Shown: piece by piece, positions 47,899 to 52,574 of the stretch
How the letters are laid out: every line of letters starts with the position of its first letter
Position numbering within the stretch: position 1 is the first letter of the stretch
Assembly: GCA_034439575.1 (NCBI GenBank)
Contig: JAWXAQ010000010.1
Span: 1-52,574, forward strand
Direction of reading: 5' to 3'
DNA from: Leptospira sp.
Lineage (GTDB): Bacteria; Spirochaetota; Leptospiria; Leptospirales; Leptospiraceae
DNA length: 52,574 nt
The notes under the pieces: generated by a model
Database searches by the model: none
What the model saw: only the letters and a program-made list of their open reading frames with translations
What the model was told of the DNA's origin: nothing
Position numbers and translations under genes: made by a program

Positions 47899-50800
47899 TT
47901 ATACTTTTTCTAAATACTTCAGAATTTTTTTAGCATTATGATTTTCTGGATCTAACTCTAATGCTTTTTCTGAATATTCTTTGGCTTCTTTGTACTTACC
48001 TGTCAAACGATTCAAGTCGGATAGGTTTACTAAGTTGTTTACGTTTTCTGGATGAATCTCATAAACTCGTTTGGATGCCTCGAGGGAAGATAGGTAACGT
48101 CCCATTTTCTTTTGAGAAAGGGACAAATAATACCACATTTCCTCTGTATCTGGATCCATTTGTAAGTATTGGCTTAGAATATCTACCGCTGTAGCATAAT
48201 CCTTTCCCTTAAAACTCATAAGACCCAAAAGTTTATTCAACTTTTGATTGTTAGGTTCCACGGAATGAGCTTTCATCAAGACATTAAGGGCTTCATTTAC
48301 CTGACCTTCTCTATACAATCGTTTGCTTGCTTGGTATACTTCTGTAAGATTTACATTTGGATCTTCATCATCTCTGATTTCAAGCTCTTGCTCTTCATAC
48401 TTAGCTGATACCGGTTGTTCATGGATATTATGGATATCATCTCTAACACCTTGAGGTTTAAAATCGAGACGTAAAAAAGAAAGGTCATCTGTTATCGTTC
48501 CCTTGTCTTTTAATACATCTTCTATCTGAAAAATATTACCATTTGTTTTTTCAATGATATCTAATATCACTGTTTCATCTTCGTTGATGGTTCTTACTTT
48601 TTGGTCAGGTGTTAGGTCAATGTCATCTCTTCCATCTGATCCGAGTATGATCGCATCGCCCGGAAGTAGCTGGTATTCATAAACTTGGAATTCAAATTCT
48701 GATTCTTGGCCAAGTTTTCTAAGCAATAATTCTTCTTCAATGAAACTTGCCTTGCCATCTCTGTACAAAATTGTAGCTGGATGCTCTGCATTGAAGTAAA
48801 ACATTTTACCTGAGTTTTCTTCTACTAGAATCACAGTAGCTGAAATCACCATAGTTCCGTTAAATGATTTGAAAACGGAATTTACTTCATTATAAACATC
48901 AGTCAACCAATCCACAGGGTTCATATCCAGAACTTTTTTATTTGATGCAGATCTCGACATGATGGCATTAAACACCACACCCATGACAAGCGAGCCACCA
49001 GCCCCTTGCATTGATTTACCCATGGCATCCCCATTCATGGCCATGATATAAGTTTTATAATTATCAGGTTTTCCAAATTTTAGAGTACCTGTAATACAAA
49101 TATCTCCACCAAGATCTGCTGTTTTGCTTTTAAACTCAAATTTTTTCTTTTGGCGAATGAAAAATTCTGTGGGAACTAACTTTGATTTGTTGGCATTAAA
49201 AAATAAAGGTTTTGCTAAGAGGGATGTTAAAAAATAATCTCCGTCTTGTTGTACTTTAAGTTTTTGGACTTCTTCCATTTTCTCTTGTACTTCTTTGGTT
49301 CTTTCTTTTACCTTCTCTTCCAAATTTTCAGCATAATCTTCGAGTTCACGCCTTGCTTGTTTAATGGATGCAACCATAGAGTTAAAAGATCCTGCAAGAT
49401 ATCCAATTTCATCTTGTACTTTTATAGGTACTTCAATATCCAAATTTCCTTCGTTAACCTTTGTTACGCCTTTTAATAAATCATTCAAAGGTTTTACTAA
49501 GCTAGATAAAAAGAACCTAGGAAAAATGATTATAATCAGGAGTGATGTAAAGAAGATAGTGTATATAATTTTAATTGTATTGTGATGGGTGTGTTTTCGG
49601 TATTCATCATAGGAGAATCCTACTTCATATTTTAAATCACCTGATACAAAATCAAAATGTGTATATCTTTTTTCTGCCTGACGATAAAGGCGATGTAGGC
49701 TTTTATCATTTTCGCTCATTAGATTTTTATACTGTCTTGTTTTTTCAAACAAAGACATTGCCTTGGCGATTTCTTCTGCCGTTGGTTCATCGGTTCCCAG
49801 TTTTCTATTGTTTTCCTTCAAAATCTTTGTTAGAATTTCTTTAAGTGCGAATTCCCTTTTTTGTTTCACAGAGGAAAGGATGCTATTTATTGTTAGCTGA
49901 TCTGGAAATTTATTGAATTCAAGTTTTAAATTTTCAGAGAAAATTTCAGGTTTTGCTGGTTTGGTAATTATATATTCTATATCTTCGGATATATCATTGT
50001 ATTTTTTAGAGAGTATGCTATTTTTAGAACCAAGTATTTCTGCTTTTTTCTGGCTATTATATTCATCTTCACTGAGAGTCAGGGTAATATTTCCAACAAA
50101 TCCCAACACCAAAAGCACTGTGACCAAACTTACTCCGACTAATTTTACCATAAACGTCGTAGGTTCTGGTGAATTGTTTATGTATGTAATCATAAAATAA
50201 AAACATATAATCAGTGTTACATTCGCAAATATGAACGCGTAAAGATCGTAAGTGATTAATCCGTTTTTATTTAAAACATTGGCAACTGCGATGATTAAAA
50301 AAATAATAATTGCTTTTGAAAAACTTTTACTTGCATGAGCATCTTTTCCTTTTGGGTTTATAAATTTTATCCAACCCACAAGGAACCTTGAAAGTAAAAA
50401 AATGGGATAACCTGAAAGTTCGGTAGGTTTTGTCAGCCATTTAGAAAAAAATCCATTATATTCTGAATACCGAATGGTTTTGCGTATAAGTACAGTTAGC
50501 GGGAATGCTTGTGTGATAAGAAGTATTAATGAATGGACTGCACCATAGTCGAAAGTATAAAAATGAGCAGTAAAATTGAAAACTTTTTCCATTTTCAATC
50601 CAGTAAAAACAAATTCTATATAGGCTAGAAATATAATACTTAGGGCAAACGGTACCAAAATTTTTGCTTCCTTTGGTTGGTCGAGCCTTGGGAAATTATA
50701 ACTAAATCCCACCATACCCGCATTTCCAAATAAGGCACACATAGTTATAAATCTATGATAAGCACCCCATGGAGCATTCACTGAATAAGCGATAACGTAA

Positions 50801-50964
50801 CCAAGTAACATAAAACTATAACCAGAGAACATGGCCGCAAGCCACCATGTAGCAGGTGTTTTATCTTTTTTTGTGAGTAAGAACACACTCATAATGAGTA
50901 TGATTAAATATGCAGCAAAAACGCCGACCGAGTGGTATGAAAAATCTAGCCAATCTAAACTCAT
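47899..50964 (-). CDS. Multi-TM sensor HAMP-SpoIIE/PP2C-TPR phosphatase
   Basis: ~7-8 N-terminal TM helices, an extracytoplasmic loop, HAMP (DEIGYLAGSFNSM), QQDGDYFLTSLL, GGDIC, NGDAMGKSMQGAGG, GSDGRDD, DDLS and TPRs. Confidence 0.9.
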   Translation of the reverse strand: MSLDWLDFSYHSVGVFAAYLIILIMSVFLLTKKDKTPATWWLAAMFSGYSFMLLGYVIAYSVNAPWGAYHRFITMCALFGNAGMVGFSYNFPRLDQPKEAKILVPFALSIIFLAYIEFVFTGLKMEKVFNFTAHFYTFDYGAVHSLILLITQAFPLTVLIRKTIRYSEYNGFFSKWLTKPTELSGYPIFLLSRFLVGWIKFINPKGKDAHASKSFSKAIIIFLIIAVANVLNKNGLITYDLYAFIFANVTLIICFYFMITYINNSPEPTTFMVKLVGVSLVTVLLVLGFVGNITLTLSEDEYNSQKKAEILGSKNSILSKKYNDISEDIEYIITKPAKPEIFSENLKLEFNKFPDQLTINSILSSVKQKREFALKEILTKILKENNRKLGTDEPTAEEIAKAMSLFEKTRQYKNLMSENDKSLHRLYRQAEKRYTHFDFVSGDLKYEVGFSYDEYRKHTHHNTIKIIYTIFFTSLLIIIIFPRFFLSSLVKPLNDLLKGVTKVNEGNLDIEVPIKVQDEIGYLAGSFNSMVASIKQARRELEDYAENLEEKVKERTKEVQEKMEEVQKLKVQQDGDYFLTSLLAKPLFFNANKSKLVPTEFFIRQKKKFEFKSKTADLGGDICITGTLKFGKPDNYKTYIMAMNGDAMGKSMQGAGGSLVMGVVFNAIMSRSASNKKVLDMNPVDWLTDVYNEVNSVFKSFNGTMVISATVILVEENSGKMFYFNAEHPATILYRDGKASFIEEELLLRKLGQESEFEFQVYEYQLLPGDAIILGSDGRDDIDLTPDQKVRTINEDETVILDIIEKTNGNIFQIEDVLKDKGTITDDLSFLRLDFKPQGVRDDIHNIHEQPVSAKYEEQELEIRDDEDPNVNLTEVYQASKRLYREGQVNEALNVLMKAHSVEPNNQKLNKLLGLMSFKGKDYATAVDILSQYLQMDPDTEEMWYYLSLSQKKMGRYLSSLEASKRVYEIHPENVNNLVNLSDLNRLTGKYKEAKEYSEKALELDPENHNAKKILKYLEKV

Positions 50965-51481
50965 TTCTATTGATCCTTATCTATGTATAATATCGGTTTC
51001 CAAAGTAGTTTGGATTTTAGTATTGGAACAATTTTTTAAATCACTTCAATACAAATAATTTTGAATGTAAGAACTTTGAAAAACCATCTATTTGTACGCA
51101 TTGCACAAAATAAAATACTAAGAATAATAATAGATTCACCGCTACGAATTCGCTACAAAATCCATAACAACGATCTTTATTAGGAATGGGACATTATAGA
51201 ATCGAATTTCTTTACATATATCTAACGTAGTTCAAAATGATGAGCATCTACCTTGAAACAGGAAGGCTATAGCTCATATTCTAAAAAGATCTTTTCGAAA
51301 TTATATTCAAAAAAGCGAATGTAATTATTTACATTAAAATCTTTTGGAAGGACTGCAAATGAAGAGAATTTGCGAAAAATTAGGTGGAATTTTGATCCCC
51401 AAAATCAAAAAATTAGCCTGTTTTTTCCTTGTTTTTCTAAAGATCGAGAGTCAAAAGTTTGAAAGACAGGTAATATAAAAA

Positions 51482-52435
51482 ATGACATTGAAAAAATCTA
51501 TTTTGTTTCTAATTGCTTTTAGCACTTTTTTTACATCGGCAGTATTTGCCCAAGGCAAAGTTGAAGGAAACGTCCTACGTTTAAAGGGCGGCTTATTATA
51601 TGGCTCTCTGAAAACAGATATTGAGAAACGAACCACTTTTGCAGGTTATTTTTCGCGAGAGCTCAATCAAGATTGGGAAAATACAAGAGGATTGAGTTTA
51701 CTCAATAATTTGGGGGCAGATTACTTTCACTCACTTGGCGGAGGATTGTTATCAAACGCATTTTTCGGACTCCAATTGAATGGTTTTTCTCGTGATTACG
51801 CATGGAGATCCTTCTATCCGTTAGGTGTTGGTATTAAGGAAGGGACATACTCATTTAATTATAATGATTTGAATTTTGGTGTGACTTTAAGCCTTGCTGA
51901 TAATTTCCGAATCCTTCCCAAATATGTTCTACGCGTCACCGAACAAAAGATGAATGGGACTTATCTAGGTCTTGGTGATCCATCGTATTTCGGAACCCAA
52001 TCCGTAACTTCCACCGGTATGTCAGGGCTAATAGGAGCTGGATTTGAATATGATCTTACTTCCAATGTGACTCTATTTGCTGATGTGTTAGTCTATGGTC
52101 CCTTTTTACTTCGAGGCCGTGGAAAGTATGATAGTGAGTTAATCGTGTTAAGTGACTCTGGTGCATCTTATGGTGTCGCTAATGGCGGTTATATGTTCAG
52201 CTCCCAAAAACTTAGCGTAGGTGGAAATTACGAAATCATTCCTAAACTGAGAATCTTCGCAAGTTTTGACCAAGAAAGAATGGATACGAAGGGCGAATCT
52301 CCTACGGCTTTCGTTCTAACTAATGGCGTGATCAATACACTTGCATCTGTTGGCCAATATCTCGGGGCAAGCAATGAAGAACGCATCAAAATATCTGGTG
52401 CAAAATTTGGTCTCACATACGACTTAGGAATGTAA
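51482..52435 (+). CDS. Putative outer-membrane beta-barrel protein
   Basis: Signal peptide (AVFA|Q); Gly/aromatic-rich alternating strands (GAGFEYDL, GGNYEI); C-terminal FGLTYDLGM. Confidence 0.7.
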   Translation: MTLKKSILFLIAFSTFFTSAVFAQGKVEGNVLRLKGGLLYGSLKTDIEKRTTFAGYFSRELNQDWENTRGLSLLNNLGADYFHSLGGGLLSNAFFGLQLNGFSRDYAWRSFYPLGVGIKEGTYSFNYNDLNFGVTLSLADNFRILPKYVLRVTEQKMNGTYLGLGDPSYFGTQSVTSTGMSGLIGAGFEYDLTSNVTLFADVLVYGPFLLRGRGKYDSELIVLSDSGASYGVANGGYMFSSQKLSVGGNYEIIPKLRIFASFDQERMDTKGESPTAFVLTNGVINTLASVGQYLGASNEERIKISGAKFGLTYDLGM

Positions 52436-52440
52436 AACCA

Positions 52441-52471
52441 TTGACATTCTCGGAATCATCAGAAGTATGGT
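52441..52471 (+). promoter_or_regulatory. Putative promoter of the 5S rRNA gene
   Basis: TTGACA at 52441-52446 and TATGGT at 52466-52471 (19-bp spacer, longer than ideal). Confidence 0.45.
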
Positions 52472-52477
52472 AATTAC

Positions 52478-52574
52478 TCCTGGTGATTATGGAGAGAAGG
52501 CAATACCCGTTCCCATTCCGAACACGGAAGTCAAGCTTCTCATCGCCGATGGTACTATTGGGTTCGCTCAATGG
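52478..52574 (+). rRNA. rrf: 5S rRNA (3' end truncated by the window)
   Basis: CCTGGTGATTAT...ACCCGTTCCCATTCCGAACACGGAAGTCAAGC...CGCCGATGGTACT, the conserved 5S core. Confidence 0.95.

Noticed and set aside
1-52574. CRISPR arrays, transposases, integrases, prophage or defence genes
   Set aside because: No such ORFs or regularly spaced repeats were seen by eye anywhere in the window.

Overview
AT-rich bacterial chromosomal window, almost certainly from a Leptospira (spirochete). Supporting signs are a stand-alone 5S rRNA, TRL-like lipoproteins and three Leptospira-type SpoIIE/PP2C-TPR signalling proteins. The core is an ~18 kb molybdenum/nitrate-assimilation island (5849-23990). It carries mobA-moaE-moaD-moaA, moeB-rhodanese, an uncharacterised 4Fe-4S molybdopterin oxidoreductase, narK, moeA-moaCB-cobA-nirD-nirB, a 1168-aa nitrate reductase fused to an NADH/FAD diaphorase and BFD domain, and a MOT1-family molybdate transporter. 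Three correctly spaced sigma-54 promoters and NtrC-like boxes are visible in it, and the nasA transcript appears leaderless. The rest of the window holds three regulator-operator modules (one ArsR, two TetR), a MATE pump, a Flavo-1-like structured element ahead of three tandem TRL-like lipoproteins, a MacAB-like ABC system, purT, an outer-membrane beta-barrel and the 5' part of a 5S rRNA. The best candidate for an undescribed system is a tightly coupled three-gene operon (HAMP-PP2C-TPR phosphatase, periplasmic binding protein-TPR, TonB-dependent receptor with N-terminal extension) that looks like a trans-envelope signalling module. No CRISPR array, transposase or phage genes were seen. All calls are from motif reading; no database searches were run.
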